Positions 45,336 through 56,457 are shown, counted from the stretch's first letter. The stretch: DNA of 64,000 bases from an uncultured Geobacter sp. (GCA_964536305.1 CAZHVY010000013.1:3645-67644); one strand, 5' to 3'. The notes: a model not told the origin generated them from the sequence alone. Program-made: numbers and translations.

Positions 45336-47183
45336 TCATGTCCGGCCTTTGCGGAGCCGGTTCAGTTCCTGTTCGCTGATCTGGTTCGCCTCGCAGTATT
45401 CCCGCTCCAGTTCCTCTACGAAGAAACGGTCAAGGCCGGAATTTTCCAGGAAATCCTCCCGGAGGGAGATATCCCATTTGGAAAAGATGGCAGGGAGGAT
45501 GGTGTGGAGGTAGATGGCCTCTTTCTTTATGGCCAGGATGGCCTCGTTGAAGAGCTTGTCCGGTATGGGCCCGGTTACAAGCCTTCTGGACCGCAGGATC
45601 TCGGCTACTTCCTGCTTCAGTTCCGCTTCGTGGGCCTGGGTAGTGTAACGGGAGTAGAAGTTTCTGATCCGTTCACGAACCTGATTTCTCAGGAGCAGGA
45701 AGAGACCTTCCTCATGATCAATGACCAGCAGCTGCTCCAGAAGCTCCGGAGTGCTCAGGCGGTTTTCTTCGATCTGTTTCAGTCCCTTTGACAGGGTATT
45801 GATCTTCCTGGCGCCGTATTTTCCCAGGTACCGGTTGGCGCTGAGTTCGGTTATGAATAGTTCCTCGAAGAAATTCTCCCGAAGGGCGTCGAACTCCCGC
45901 TTGTTGCCGAGGAAACTGCGAAGCATCTCTTCTGTTATACGCACGTTTTCCATGAAGGCGATCTTGCTGATGATGGAAGACGTGGAGTCGAAACGATCGA
46001 AATAGGTTACGATGGAGGAGAACTCTTCCAGAAGTGACAGGTCGGCGCCGTCGCGTATGCGCTCGTCGCAACTCCTGCCGGCGTCCAGAAGGATCTCCTC
46101 GAATGCGTGGTCGCGGATTTCCGTTGCTCGTTTTTTAGCCAGCAGGAGCTTCACCATATCTTCGCCGTCGATCCTGTTGTCGATGTTTCGCCCCCGCAGG
46201 AAAAGTCCTTCCAGGATCTGGCGCACTTCCGCCAGATAGGCGTGCTCTTCCGGGTCCACCAGGATCCATTTGTCGTTTTTCAGCAGTTCGTCCAGGGGAT
46301 AGAAGAGAGCGTCCGGAATCTTGGAACGGACGGCCAGTGTCTTGAGGCGTGTCAGGCGGGCGTTCTCCATTCTGCTGATCTTGCCCCGGTTGTAGCAGGA
46401 GACGAGTATGCTCCGGTAGCCGTCGACGATTGGCTTGTTGTCGCGGTGTTTGTACATGACATCCACACGGATGCGTTCCTGCTGATAGCTGTCGATGCCC
46501 AGGTTTTCCGCCAGGGTCGTCAGCCGGTAAAAGTCGTCGTCCGAGATCTTCTTGCTGGCGTAATAAAGGCTTCTGAAAAGGTCCCGGTACGCCCGGTGTT
46601 TCCTGTCGATGAGCTTCACCAGGAACAGATGCGCCTTGGGATCGCCTGTAATGGAGAGAATTTCCTCGATTATGGCATTGTCGTCTTCCTTGCCCACGGA
46701 ACAGCAGCGTTTAACCGCTTTACCGAGCATGCGCACCAGTTCCTTCTGCTGGCGCTTCAGAGAGCCGGTCATGCGTTGCGAACTGAGGAAAAAGAAATAG
46801 TTGCAGATTGCGTTGCCGTCGAAAAAAATCTTGTCGTAACTCAGGGCGCCTTCCGTTCTGTCCGTAAACTGAAGTCTGCCGTCATTTTCTCCATAGTAGG
46901 CGCCGTACATGGTGAGCCGGTTGAGGACATCCCCCTTGGCCAGGTCGGCCAGAGGCTGGTCGATGCCGAACATGTACTCGCAGAATGAACCGCCGTTTCC
47001 GCTGTGCCTGATTCCGTCACGGGATATGACGAATTCGTTTCCCGGGGAGAACAGGCGCACCTCCTCATGCTCGCCGTTGCCGAAGCTGTAGGAGAAGCGG
47101 TCGCAGATGCCGGCGCCGGCAAGAAAAACATAATATTCGATATCCTTTTCGGTTATGCCGTGCAGACTTATGTTTTTCCGCAT
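45336..47183 (-). CDS. conserved-looking hypothetical protein, 615 aa, no domain recognised
   Basis: Long uninterrupted ORF with an ATG start and only 60 nt from the upstream MBL gene. Charged, predicted helical, no TM or signal peptide seen. Confidence 0.7.
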   Translation of the reverse strand: MRKNISLHGITEKDIEYYVFLAGAGICDRFSYSFGNGEHEEVRLFSPGNEFVISRDGIRHSGNGGSFCEYMFGIDQPLADLAKGDVLNRLTMYGAYYGENDGRLQFTDRTEGALSYDKIFFDGNAICNYFFFLSSQRMTGSLKRQQKELVRMLGKAVKRCCSVGKEDDNAIIEEILSITGDPKAHLFLVKLIDRKHRAYRDLFRSLYYASKKISDDDFYRLTTLAENLGIDSYQQERIRVDVMYKHRDNKPIVDGYRSILVSCYNRGKISRMENARLTRLKTLAVRSKIPDALFYPLDELLKNDKWILVDPEEHAYLAEVRQILEGLFLRGRNIDNRIDGEDMVKLLLAKKRATEIRDHAFEEILLDAGRSCDERIRDGADLSLLEEFSSIVTYFDRFDSTSSIISKIAFMENVRITEEMLRSFLGNKREFDALRENFFEELFITELSANRYLGKYGARKINTLSKGLKQIEENRLSTPELLEQLLVIDHEEGLFLLLRNQVRERIRNFYSRYTTQAHEAELKQEVAEILRSRRLVTGPIPDKLFNEAILAIKKEAIYLHTILPAIFSKWDISLREDFLENSGLDRFFVEELEREYCEANQISEQELNRLRKGRT

Positions 47184-47243
47184 TTGATCCTTCCGTATTT
47201 CCTGGAGTCGTATGGGAGATTCAGACCAGAGGCGCGTCGTTTC

Positions 47244-47996
47244 TTATTCAATTATCATGCCGTCATAGGCAAAGAAGACTCCCTCCGGCAGGCGGCTTTC
47301 ATCCGTGTGGGAGACTTCGTGGGTCAGGTGCGTCAGGATGGTCCTCCGTGGCCGCAACTGTTCCGTTATCTTGATGGCCTGCTGGATGTTGAAGTGGTTC
47401 GGATGCGGTTTGTAGCGCAGACCGTCCAGGATCAGTGTATCCAGCCCGGACAAAAGCGCCATGGATGATTCCGGAATGCGGTTGCAGTCGGTCAGGTAGG
47501 CGACGTTGTCGATCCGGTAACCGGTTGCGCGGCCGCAGCCGTGGACAAGGGGTACAGGCTGGATGGTCGAGCCGTAAAGGTTGAATTTCCCAGAGACTGA
47601 ATGTGCTTCCAGGAGAGGTTTGTAGCCACCGTCGCCTGAACCGGAAAAGATGTAGGAAAAGTGTCTGCTCAGGTGGTCGATGATCTCGGCGGTGGCGTAG
47701 CAGGGGACGGCGCGCCTGTGCATCAGGTAGTATCCCCGCAGGTCATCGATTCCGTTAACATGGTCGGCGTGGGTGTGGGTGTAGAGAACTGCGTCGATAT
47801 GGGGAATCTTTTCTCGGAGCGCCTGCCGTCGGAGGTCGGGGGAGGTGTCCACCAGTATGAATCTGCCGGAAATCTCGATAAGTATGGACGCGCGCGTACG
47901 CACGTCCCTGGGGTCCGTCGAGGCGCACACCGGGCACAGGCAACCTACCATGGGCACCCCGGTTGAGGTTCCGCTGCCGAGAATCGTGATCTTCAT
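47244..47996 (-). CDS. MBL-fold metallo-hydrolase (PhnP-like)
   Basis: ITILGSGTSTGVP..C..C, HTHADH motif, 250 aa. Confidence 0.8.
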   Translation of the reverse strand: MKITILGSGTSTGVPMVGCLCPVCASTDPRDVRTRASILIEISGRFILVDTSPDLRRQALREKIPHIDAVLYTHTHADHVNGIDDLRGYYLMHRRAVPCYATAEIIDHLSRHFSYIFSGSGDGGYKPLLEAHSVSGKFNLYGSTIQPVPLVHGCGRATGYRIDNVAYLTDCNRIPESSMALLSGLDTLILDGLRYKPHPNHFNIQQAIKITEQLRPRRTILTHLTHEVSHTDESRLPEGVFFAYDGMIIE

Positions 47997-48014
47997 TGGG
48001 ACGCTCCCCGGCGG

Positions 48015-48587
48015 TTATTCTTCGGCTTCGACTCCGAAGAGGTCCTTGCGAACCTTTTTCACGTACTCCAGGGCAGGCGCGTAATCGCCGTACAGAAACA
48101 GCTTGCTGCGGTCGGCGGGTTGGAGGTCCTTGACCCGCGCCCCGTATTTTTCCTTGAGGAGGATGGCCACCTGTTCGAATCTGTCGAAGGCCTCGTATGC
48201 CAGAGGTTCTTTCCATATGGCAGTTTCACCGTGACGGATCACTGTCTCCGAGTCTGCCTGATCCCACACCAGGAATAAATCATCGCCGGGTAGTTCGGGA
48301 AGCTGATCCGTGGAATAGAGGCATTTTTCGCGATAGAGTTCTTCCTGCTCCTTTGCCTCTTCCAGCGCCTTCACCTGTTCTTCGGTGAGATCGTGCCGCG
48401 CGCAGCCGCATCCATCTTCAGCGGGGAAGATGATCACATCGAGAAAGGAGGAGCACTCGGGGCAGCACAGTTCCAGGAACATCTCCCTGTACATCCTTCC
48501 CCGCCCTGTGTCTTTGGCCGTACCCTTCCACTGGCACTCTCCGCAGCTGTATTCCTTTTCGAGCCAATTTTCATAGAATATCGTCAT
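48015..48587 (-). CDS. hypothetical protein with N-terminal CxxC...CxxC zinc-ribbon-like motif
   Basis: CGECQWKG...CCPECS; AAGGAGA SD; first gene of the minus-strand unit 48587->45336. Confidence 0.55.
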   Translation of the reverse strand: MTIFYENWLEKEYSCGECQWKGTAKDTGRGRMYREMFLELCCPECSSFLDVIIFPAEDGCGCARHDLTEEQVKALEEAKEQEELYREKCLYSTDQLPELPGDDLFLVWDQADSETVIRHGETAIWKEPLAYEAFDRFEQVAILLKEKYGARVKDLQPADRSKLFLYGDYAPALEYVKKVRKDLFGVEAEE

Positions 48588-48901
48588 ATATTCTCCTTAT
48601 AGTCAGAACTTTGCATGGTGGGTAATAAGAAACCGGATTTGCCCGTCCGTAGTTTCCGGGTGGCCGCTCAATAAAACCAGGAAAAGAAAAAGCCCGCAAT
48701 CGGCGCTGTAGGCAGGTATCAATATGTATCACAGCAACTCTTTCTCATCCAAGAAAATATTGTCTTCATCTGTACCCGCTCCTTTGTTCGTGTCTTTCAG
48801 GCGCAACGCCGATTGAAACAGCGTCGCCCTGAAACCAGCCGTCTGCTTTTACAGTCGTTGACACATCTTCTCCTGACATGTAGAACATCCACTATCATGA
48901 A

Positions 48902-49603
48902 ATGAAAGGGAGACGTGCTATGGCGCTTGCCGTGGAGAAGGAGGAAGTGGTTTGCTTCGGAAGGAGGCTTCTTGCCGCGGGTCTCACGACAGGCACTGGG
49001 GGGAACCTGAGTATCCTGAACTCCCGGGACGGACTTGTGGCCATAAGTCCGAGCGGAATTGAATACGGGGTGATGACGGCCGAAGATGTTCCCGTGACTG
49101 ATTTGTTCGGGACGGTTGTTGAAGGGAAGCGCAAGCCGTCCAGTGAACTGGATTTCCATCTTGCCTTGTACCACAAGCGTCCGGATATCCGGGCGGTCGT
49201 CCATACACACTCCGTCTATGCAACCACCATGGCCTGCCTGAACTGGGAGATCCCCGCCGTGCACTATCTGGTGGCATTTTCAGGCTTGAAGGTTCCCTTG
49301 GCGCCCTATGCCACCTTCGGCACTCCGGAGCTGGCGCGGAACATAGCGGAATCCATCGGAGCGTACAACGCCGTGCTGCTGGCCAACCATGGTCTTGTGG
49401 CTGTTGGAGAGAGCCTGCCCGCCGCGTTTGCCGTCGCCGAGGAGATCGAACTGGTCGCCCGTATCTACTACCAGGCGAAATGCATCGGAGAACCGGTGGT
49501 TCTGCCCGAGGAAGAAATGGCGCGGGTCATGGGCAAGTTCAGGTCGTACGGACGGCAAGGGGATAAAACGGTGGCGGACAAACCTGAAGAAAGCGGTTGC
49601 TGA
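48902..49603 (+). CDS. class II aldolase/adducin-family protein (L-fuculose-phosphate-aldolase-like)
   Basis: GTGGNLS...ISPSG...[13 protein letters not shown]...AVVHTHS. An alternative ATG lies at 48920. Confidence 0.8.
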   Translation: MKGRRAMALAVEKEEVVCFGRRLLAAGLTTGTGGNLSILNSRDGLVAISPSGIEYGVMTAEDVPVTDLFGTVVEGKRKPSSELDFHLALYHKRPDIRAVVHTHSVYATTMACLNWEIPAVHYLVAFSGLKVPLAPYATFGTPELARNIAESIGAYNAVLLANHGLVAVGESLPAAFAVAEEIELVARIYYQAKCIGEPVVLPEEEMARVMGKFRSYGRQGDKTVADKPEESGC

Positions 49604-49724
49604 AGGCGGCCGGGAATCGCGGTCCAATCCTCAAGCGCCTTTTCATGGCGGGGAAAGTGCGTTATCATGCCCGTGCCGGAAGGCGCCAGACGGATTTGCG
49701 ACCGGGACGGAGAGGGAAATATCC

Positions 49725-50414
49725 ATGACGAAAAGAGCGGTGGTTCTTTACAGCGGCGGGCTTGATTCAACCACGTGCCTCGCACTGGCCAAGGCGGAGG
49801 GTTTCGAGCCCCACGCCATGAGTTTCGCCTACGGCCAGAGGCACGGGGTGGAACTGGATGCGGCCAGGGAAAATGCGAGCGCCATGGGCGCGGAGCAGCA
49901 CCTGCTCGTGGAGATCGATCTGCGGAAAATAGGCGGTAGCGCCCTTACCGCCGGCATCGATGTCCCCAAGGAAGGGGTGGGGGGCGGTATTCCGGTGACC
50001 TATGTTCCTGCGCGGAACACCATCTTTCTTTCATTCGCCCTGGGGTGGGCCGAGGTTCTGGGGGCCTTTGACATCTTTATCGGCGTGAACGCCCTTGATT
50101 ATTCGGGCTATCCCGATTGCCGCCCCGAATACATCGCCGCCTTTGAGACCATGGCCAACCTGGCGACCAGGGCGGCTGTTGAGGGCGCCGGCCGATATCG
50201 CATCCATGCGCCTCTGATAGGCCTCACCAAGGCCGAGATCATCAGGAAGGGAGTATCCCTGGGTGTTGATTACTCCAGAACCCATTCCTGCTATGACCCT
50301 TCCCCCGATGGTCTCGCCTGTGGCCGGTGCGATTCCTGCCGCCTGCGTCTGAAGGGCTTTTCAGAGGCCGGAATGGCCGATCCGGCTCGTTACGTCGTCA
50401 CGGACAAGGAGTAA
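49725..50414 (+). CDS. queC: 7-cyano-7-deazaguanine synthase QueC
   Basis: PP-loop [12 protein letters not shown]; C-terminal zinc cysteines CYDP..CGRCDSC. The ATG at 49725 is within the longer track ORF. Confidence 0.9.
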   Translation: MTKRAVVLYSGGLDSTTCLALAKAEGFEPHAMSFAYGQRHGVELDAARENASAMGAEQHLLVEIDLRKIGGSALTAGIDVPKEGVGGGIPVTYVPARNTIFLSFALGWAEVLGAFDIFIGVNALDYSGYPDCRPEYIAAFETMANLATRAAVEGAGRYRIHAPLIGLTKAEIIRKGVSLGVDYSRTHSCYDPSPDGLACGRCDSCRLRLKGFSEAGMADPARYVVTDKE

Positions 50415-50420
50415 AGGGGC

Positions 50421-51221
50421 ATGCGGGACGTTCAGAAGAGCAGGGATTATCGTAAGCTGGCCATCAACAAGGTGGGCGTGAAAGACATATCCTATCCCAT
50501 TACGGTGATGGACAAGAACAACGCCTTCCAGCATACCGTGGCGCGCATCAACATGTACGTGGACCTTCCCCACCACTTCAAGGGCACCCATATGAGCCGC
50601 TTTGTGGAGATCCTGAACGCGCACCGGAAAGAGATAGCCCTGGACAAGATGGAAACCACCCTCCAGAAGATCAAGGATAAACTGGGCGCGTCCCGCGCCC
50701 ATCTGGAGATGGAATTCCCGTATTTCATCGAGAAACGCGCGCCGGTCTCCGGGGCGAAGAGCCTCATGGAGTACACCTGCCGCTTCCTGGCGTCCCTTGC
50801 CGAACGCTTCGACTTCATTCTGGAGATGCGCGTCCCGGTGACTTCCCTCTGCCCGTGCAGCAAGGAGCTCAGCCGGTTTGGCGCCCACAACCAGAGGGGT
50901 GTCATCACCGTACAGGTGCGCTATCGGGATTTCGTCTGGATCGAGGACCTGGTGGCCGTTATTGAGGAGTGCGGCAGCAGTCCCGTGTATGCGCTCCTCA
51001 AGCGGGAAGACGAAAAGTTCGTCACCGAGCGCGCCTACGAGAACCCGCGTTTCGTTGAAGACATGGTGAGGGAGGCGGCGCTCCGTCTCCGCAGGATGGA
51101 CAACGTGACCTGGTTTTCAGTGTCGGCGGAGAATTTCGAGTCGATCCACAACCACTCCGCCTACGCCTCCATCGAGATTGACAAGGAGAAATCCACGGAT
51201 GACGCCCCCCTGTGTGGGTAA
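50421..51221 (+). CDS. folE2: GTP cyclohydrolase FolE2 (type IB)
   Basis: MRDVQKSRDYRKLAINKVGVKDISYPI...LPHHFKGTHMSRF...CPCSKE. Confidence 0.85.
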   Translation: MRDVQKSRDYRKLAINKVGVKDISYPITVMDKNNAFQHTVARINMYVDLPHHFKGTHMSRFVEILNAHRKEIALDKMETTLQKIKDKLGASRAHLEMEFPYFIEKRAPVSGAKSLMEYTCRFLASLAERFDFILEMRVPVTSLCPCSKELSRFGAHNQRGVITVQVRYRDFVWIEDLVAVIEECGSSPVYALLKREDEKFVTERAYENPRFVEDMVREAALRLRRMDNVTWFSVSAENFESIHNHSAYASIEIDKEKSTDDAPLCG

Positions 51222-51553
51222 CTCTGTTGAAAAGTGCCGGATGTGTGGATAAATCTACCATTTTCCCGAATCAACCTGAAAACGGCATCTGCTTACGCAC
51301 AGGCGCAGAGATGCCAAGACATTCAAACAGGCGCGGAACAAGCTGGTATCACCGGTCAGGTTAATGACTTATATGAAAGGTTCTTGATTTTCTGTTGCTG
51401 AATGCCGCATGGATGCAAAATAAATTTGTAAACCATGCCGCTTCCCATCCGTTTTCATACCTGCATTCACAGCCTCGGACTTGCGACTGGATAGTCCAGC
51501 GGGTCACTATCGGCATGATGAATAAGAAGTATGACGGATGGGAGGATAAAAAA

Positions 51554-52537
51554 ATGAAACGGTACATGATTGGCCTTGCCCTTGTCCTTTTGGCGCCGGC
51601 TTCATCGGTTTTCGCGTCCAACGTCGCCTTCAGCGCGGGGGTGTCCGTGGGTTTGCCGGGCGCCTCGGTAAATTTCGGCGTGGGCGCTCCAGCGTATCCA
51701 TACCAGCCGGCGCCGATTGCAGAGCCGCCCATGTTCGTACAGCCCCCCGAACTGGGTTTCTACACTGCGGTGGGGGTGCCGTACGACCTGTTTTTCCTCA
51801 ATAATCTCTTCTATCTCTTCTCCGGCAATGCCTGGTATTCCTCACCCTATTACAACGGCCCCTGGTCAAGCATCTATGCCTATGATGTCCCTTATCTATT
51901 GAGCAGGCATCCGTTTCACAGGATCAGGCATTACAGGGACTATTATTACGGTCATTACAAGAGATACGGGAGATGGGACGGTTATCATCACTTCAGGCCA
52001 GAGCGCCGGCACGCGGGGTGGGGCAATGGATACCACGGCCGTCCCGGATATGCCTATTCGCGCCCCGGCCATTCCGGGTATCCTCATGGCGGAATGCCGG
52101 CGGCGTACTCACGGCCATATGCCGGCAGACGCGATTACGGCCACGGGCCCACATATAACAGGCCCGGCAATCCCTCGCGCTTCAGCGGTGCCGCTCCCGG
52201 TTACACCAGGCCGAATGACCTGGGACGGAATCATCCCAATCAATCCTACTTTCCTCCGTCAGGCCGGATTCAGGCACATACCTCCCGGCCCGCATACACC
52301 CGGCCATACAGTGGCAATGACGGTGGTGGGCGCACTGCAGCCTATACAGGACAGAGGACAACCCAGAGGGATTTCGGAGGAAGGCCTTCCTTCAGCAGAC
52401 CGTCGGCGCCTAGGCATGACTCGGTCGGCGCTCCCTCCTTTGCCCGGCACGCGGGCCCGTCGTCAGGTCCTACCGGCAGGGCCGCGGCATCCTCTCCCCG
52501 CGGTTTCGGTCATGGTCATGGAGGGCACGGGAGATAA
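51554..52537 (+). CDS. secreted Tyr/Pro/Gly/Arg/His-rich low-complexity protein
   Basis: Signal peptide MKRYMIGLALVLLAPASSVFA after a GGAGG SD. The C-terminal ~200 aa are R/P/G/Y/H repeats ending GHGHGGHGR. Confidence 0.6.
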   Translation: MKRYMIGLALVLLAPASSVFASNVAFSAGVSVGLPGASVNFGVGAPAYPYQPAPIAEPPMFVQPPELGFYTAVGVPYDLFFLNNLFYLFSGNAWYSSPYYNGPWSSIYAYDVPYLLSRHPFHRIRHYRDYYYGHYKRYGRWDGYHHFRPERRHAGWGNGYHGRPGYAYSRPGHSGYPHGGMPAAYSRPYAGRRDYGHGPTYNRPGNPSRFSGAAPGYTRPNDLGRNHPNQSYFPPSGRIQAHTSRPAYTRPYSGNDGGGRTAAYTGQRTTQRDFGGRPSFSRPSAPRHDSVGAPSFARHAGPSSGPTGRAAASSPRGFGHGHGGHGR

Positions 52538-52586
52538 CGGAACCTGATGGTCCATTCAATTTGGTTTCAGTGGAAAAACCGGTAAA

Positions 52587-52620
52587 TCAAAGGCCGTTCC
52601 CTGCAGGGGACGGCCTTTGA
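52587..52620. terminator. bidirectional terminator between the convergent 51554-52537 gene and the CDF gene
   Basis: tcaaaggccgttccc-tgca-ggggacggcctttga. Confidence 0.65.
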
Positions 52621-52656
52621 TGCGTTCAGCCATGTCTCTGTTTCAATGGGTTGAGC

Positions 52657-53655
52657 TCAATGGGAATGTCCGTGATGGTCATGTCCGCTGAAGTCATGAT
52701 CATGATGTTGCTGGCTCGCGCTTCCCGCCCGTGGTTGATGGCGCAGGTTTTTTATGAGCGGAGCATCGGCGCACAGGGTGCATTCAACCTGGAGCGTGGT
52801 GTGGGAGATATGGTGTTTTTCAAATAGCTCTCTTTCGATGGCGCGCAGGGCTTCCGCCTGGCGGCCCTTGTGTTCCGGCGCCATGTCTATGTGGGCCGAC
52901 AGGGCGATGATATGGGAACAGATGGTCCAGATGTTCAGGTGGTGAACGTCGCGGACCCCTTTGATATCTTTGATGGTTGCCACCACATCCGCCACCTTCA
53001 GCCCGCGCGGCGTTCCCTCCAGGAGGATGTGCAGTGATTCCCTGAGCACCCTCCAGGCCCCCCAGAAGATGACACAGCCGATCATGGCCGACACGAGAGG
53101 GTCGAGGATGTTCCGGCCCGTGAAATGGATGAGCACACCCGCGACGATGACCCCCACGGAGGTGGCCGCGTCTCCGATGACATGGAGAAAGGCGCTTTGC
53201 ACGTTCAGGTCGTCGTGGGCATGCCGGTGCAGCGCCGACGCGGCAATCAGGTTCGTGGCGAGCCCGACGGCGGCGATTATGAACATGGGAATGCTCTTCA
53301 CCGGTTCCGGGTCGAGGAAGCGTCGACATGCCTCGTAGAATATGCCCATTGCCATGAGAAAGACCGTGGCGCCGTTGATGAAGGAAGCGAAGACCTCCGC
53401 CCTGTGCCAGCCGAAGGTGCGGGTGTCCGATGCGGGAAGGGATGAGAGCCTGATGGCCGCCAGTGAGAGGACCAGGGCGAACAGGTCCAGGAAGACATGG
53501 GCCGCATCGGACAGGAGGGCCAGGGAGTTGGTCCATATGCCTCCGATAATCTCGGCGATCAGTGTCAGCGAGGTAAGAAGGATTGCATATTTGAAGCGTC
53601 CCGCTATGCTTTTGTCGAGATGCCCGTCGTTTTCCATGTCTTTCTCCCGCGCCAT
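52657..53655 (-). CDS. cation diffusion facilitator (CzcD/ZitB-type) divalent-metal efflux transporter
   Basis: LLSDAAHVFLD and HVIGDAATS metal-site motifs, 6 TM, His-rich tail HHDHDFSGHDHHGHSH. An alternative ATG at 53637 has a better SD. Confidence 0.9.
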   Translation of the reverse strand: MAREKDMENDGHLDKSIAGRFKYAILLTSLTLIAEIIGGIWTNSLALLSDAAHVFLDLFALVLSLAAIRLSSLPASDTRTFGWHRAEVFASFINGATVFLMAMGIFYEACRRFLDPEPVKSIPMFIIAAVGLATNLIAASALHRHAHDDLNVQSAFLHVIGDAATSVGVIVAGVLIHFTGRNILDPLVSAMIGCVIFWGAWRVLRESLHILLEGTPRGLKVADVVATIKDIKGVRDVHHLNIWTICSHIIALSAHIDMAPEHKGRQAEALRAIERELFEKHHISHTTLQVECTLCADAPLIKNLRHQPRAGSASQQHHDHDFSGHDHHGHSH

Positions 53656-53798
53656 TGTACCAGCAAGTCTAGCAGAGGCGGAAAGATGGTCAAACCCGCA
53701 ACTCCACTACCGGCCGTTGCATTTTGCGCCGGGTGCTGATAATTTGGAAACCGGTAGCGGCTCATCCGGAGTGTCCGGATTGCCACTGACCTAGCTGA

Positions 53799-54773
<975 letters not shown>

Positions 54774-54917
54774 GGCGGGGCGCTTCCTGGGCGCCTCGCT
54801 AAAGACCGGCGAACCGGGATCCGAGCCCATTGCCTGTTGACATCAGAGTGGTTTCTCGTGTAGTAACAGAGTCACATTAGATGGTTCTAGTTCTCTGTGG
54901 TTCTTATTCTTTCGAAT

Positions 54918-55002
54918 TGAACCCCTCCAGACGTCCCCTTCTCAGGGGAGGCTTAAAGGCTTCCCCTGAGAAGGGGGGGCCGAGGGGGGGAATGTTACAT
55001 GG
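54918..55002. repeat. family-A structured repeat (copy A3) upstream of the RDD/MoxR operon
   Basis: tgaacccctccagacgtccccttctcaggggaggcttaaaggcttcccctgagaagggggggccgaggggggg, nearly identical to 31013-31100. Confidence 0.8.
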
Positions 55003-55060
55003 TTCCAGTTTGCCTTTCCCTTGCGCGGAGAGAGTTCCAATAATCCTGGGGGGTATATTT

Positions 55061-55870
55061 ATGAGAGTTGAATGTCCGAACTGCGGCGCCAAGGGCCAGA
55101 TTGACGAGTCGAAAAGGCCGCCGGGAGTGAATTCCATCCGCTGTCCCAAATGCGGCGCCGGTATCCCTCTGCAAGCCGTTGCCGCGGCGCCTGAACCGGA
55201 GCGTCCGGGCGAGGTCCCGTCCTCTCCTCCTCCCCCTCCTTCCGGCGCGGCGATCCCTCCTCCGGTCGCGCCGCCCATGCCGGAGCTTTCGAATCCGCTG
55301 AAAGAGGAGCCGGTGGCGGCGACTGTATGTTCCGTCTGCAACAGGCCATTTCCGAGAGAGGACATGGTGCGCTTCGGGCCCTCGCTCGTGTGCGCCGGTT
55401 GCAAGCCCATGTATGTGCAGATGCTGGAGCAGGGCGCCGCGAAACCCGGGAGTTTCCGCTACGGGGGATTCTGGATCCGTTTTGTCGCCAAGTTCATCGA
55501 CGGTCTCATACTGGGAGCGGTGAATCTGGCCATTTCCTTCATAATAGCTCTTCCTTTCGGCAAGAGTGGAGACCCCTCCACGGCCGTGGTTGCGGGCGGT
55601 CTCTCCATGGTCGCCAACCTCGCCTTCGCGGTGGGCATGACCACCTGGTTTCTCGGCAGATACGGCGCTACACCGGGAAAGATGGCGTTCGGCCTGGTTG
55701 TCGTTCATCCCGACGGGCGGAGCATCAGCTACGGAAGGGCATGCGGCCGCTATTTCGCGGAGATTCTGAGCAGCCTCTCGTTTACCATAGGGTATATAAT
55801 CGCGGCCTTTGACGACGAAAAGAGGGCCCTTCACGACCGCATATGCGACACAAGGGTCGTCTATAAATGA
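55061..55870 (+). CDS. RDD-family membrane protein with N-terminal zinc ribbon(s)
   Basis: MRVECPNCGAKG..CPKCGA; Pro-rich linker; CSVCN..CAGCKP; then an RDD-type TM domain (FWIRFVAKFIDGLILG...GATPGKMAFGL...ALHDRICDTRVV). Confidence 0.75.
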   Translation: MRVECPNCGAKGQIDESKRPPGVNSIRCPKCGAGIPLQAVAAAPEPERPGEVPSSPPPPPSGAAIPPPVAPPMPELSNPLKEEPVAATVCSVCNRPFPREDMVRFGPSLVCAGCKPMYVQMLEQGAAKPGSFRYGGFWIRFVAKFIDGLILGAVNLAISFIIALPFGKSGDPSTAVVAGGLSMVANLAFAVGMTTWFLGRYGATPGKMAFGLVVVHPDGRSISYGRACGRYFAEILSSLSFTIGYIIAAFDDEKRALHDRICDTRVVYK

Positions 55871-56445
55871 CGCGGCCTGACGCCGCGATCTGCTCCGGGT
55901 GCGGAACCCCTGTTCCCCTTCTTCCCGGCGTCGGCATGAGAGCCGTTGCCTGCTCCTCCTGCGGCGAGGACCTGATGGTGGAGACCTTCCCCGCCCTGTT
56001 TCGCTTCGGCGGGCCCGTCCTGGCCGGAGAGATGGGCGGGGAAGGGGAGTCGGTCTGCTTTTATCATGAAAGCAGGCAGGCGGTGTCCGTGTGCGGGGAG
56101 TGCGGCCGATTTCTCTGCACCCTGTGCGAGATCCGCCTTGGCGGGAGAAATCTCTGCCCGGCTTGCGTCCATAGAGGCCGGGAAGAAGAGCGCCTGGAGG
56201 CGCTGGTTACCCGTCGAACACTTTACGACGGGGTAGCCCTGACCCTGTCGGTGGCGCCCCTTCTCTTTTTCTTCGTTACAATCATCACCGCCCCCCTTGC
56301 CATATTCATGTCTATCCGTTACTGGAATAAACCCGGCAGCATCCTGCCGAGGACGAAGATCCGTTTTGTCCTGGCGATCCTCTTTTCCCTTGTGCAAGTG
56401 GCGGGATGGGGGTTCCTGTTCATCGGGATGGTGAAGAGTGCATAG
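55867..56445 (+). CDS. zinc-ribbon plus B-box-like zinc-finger membrane protein
   Basis: CSGCG..CSSCG, then CFYHESRQAVSVCGECGRFLCTLCEIRLGGRNLCPACV, then 2 TM segments. The ATG overlaps the RDD stop. Confidence 0.6.
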   Translation: MTRPDAAICSGCGTPVPLLPGVGMRAVACSSCGEDLMVETFPALFRFGGPVLAGEMGGEGESVCFYHESRQAVSVCGECGRFLCTLCEIRLGGRNLCPACVHRGREEERLEALVTRRTLYDGVALTLSVAPLLFFFVTIITAPLAIFMSIRYWNKPGSILPRTKIRFVLAILFSLVQVAGWGFLFIGMVKSA

Positions 56446-56457
56446 GCGTACAGGAAT

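Noticed and set aside
49604-49724. preQ1 riboswitch upstream of queC
   Set aside because: I saw no small hairpin followed by an A-rich tail resembling preQ1-I, and no other recognisable class.
55003-55020. TGGTTC...TTGCC upstream of the RDD operon as a sigma-54 promoter
   Set aside because: The GG-to-GC spacing is one nucleotide short of the canonical distance.
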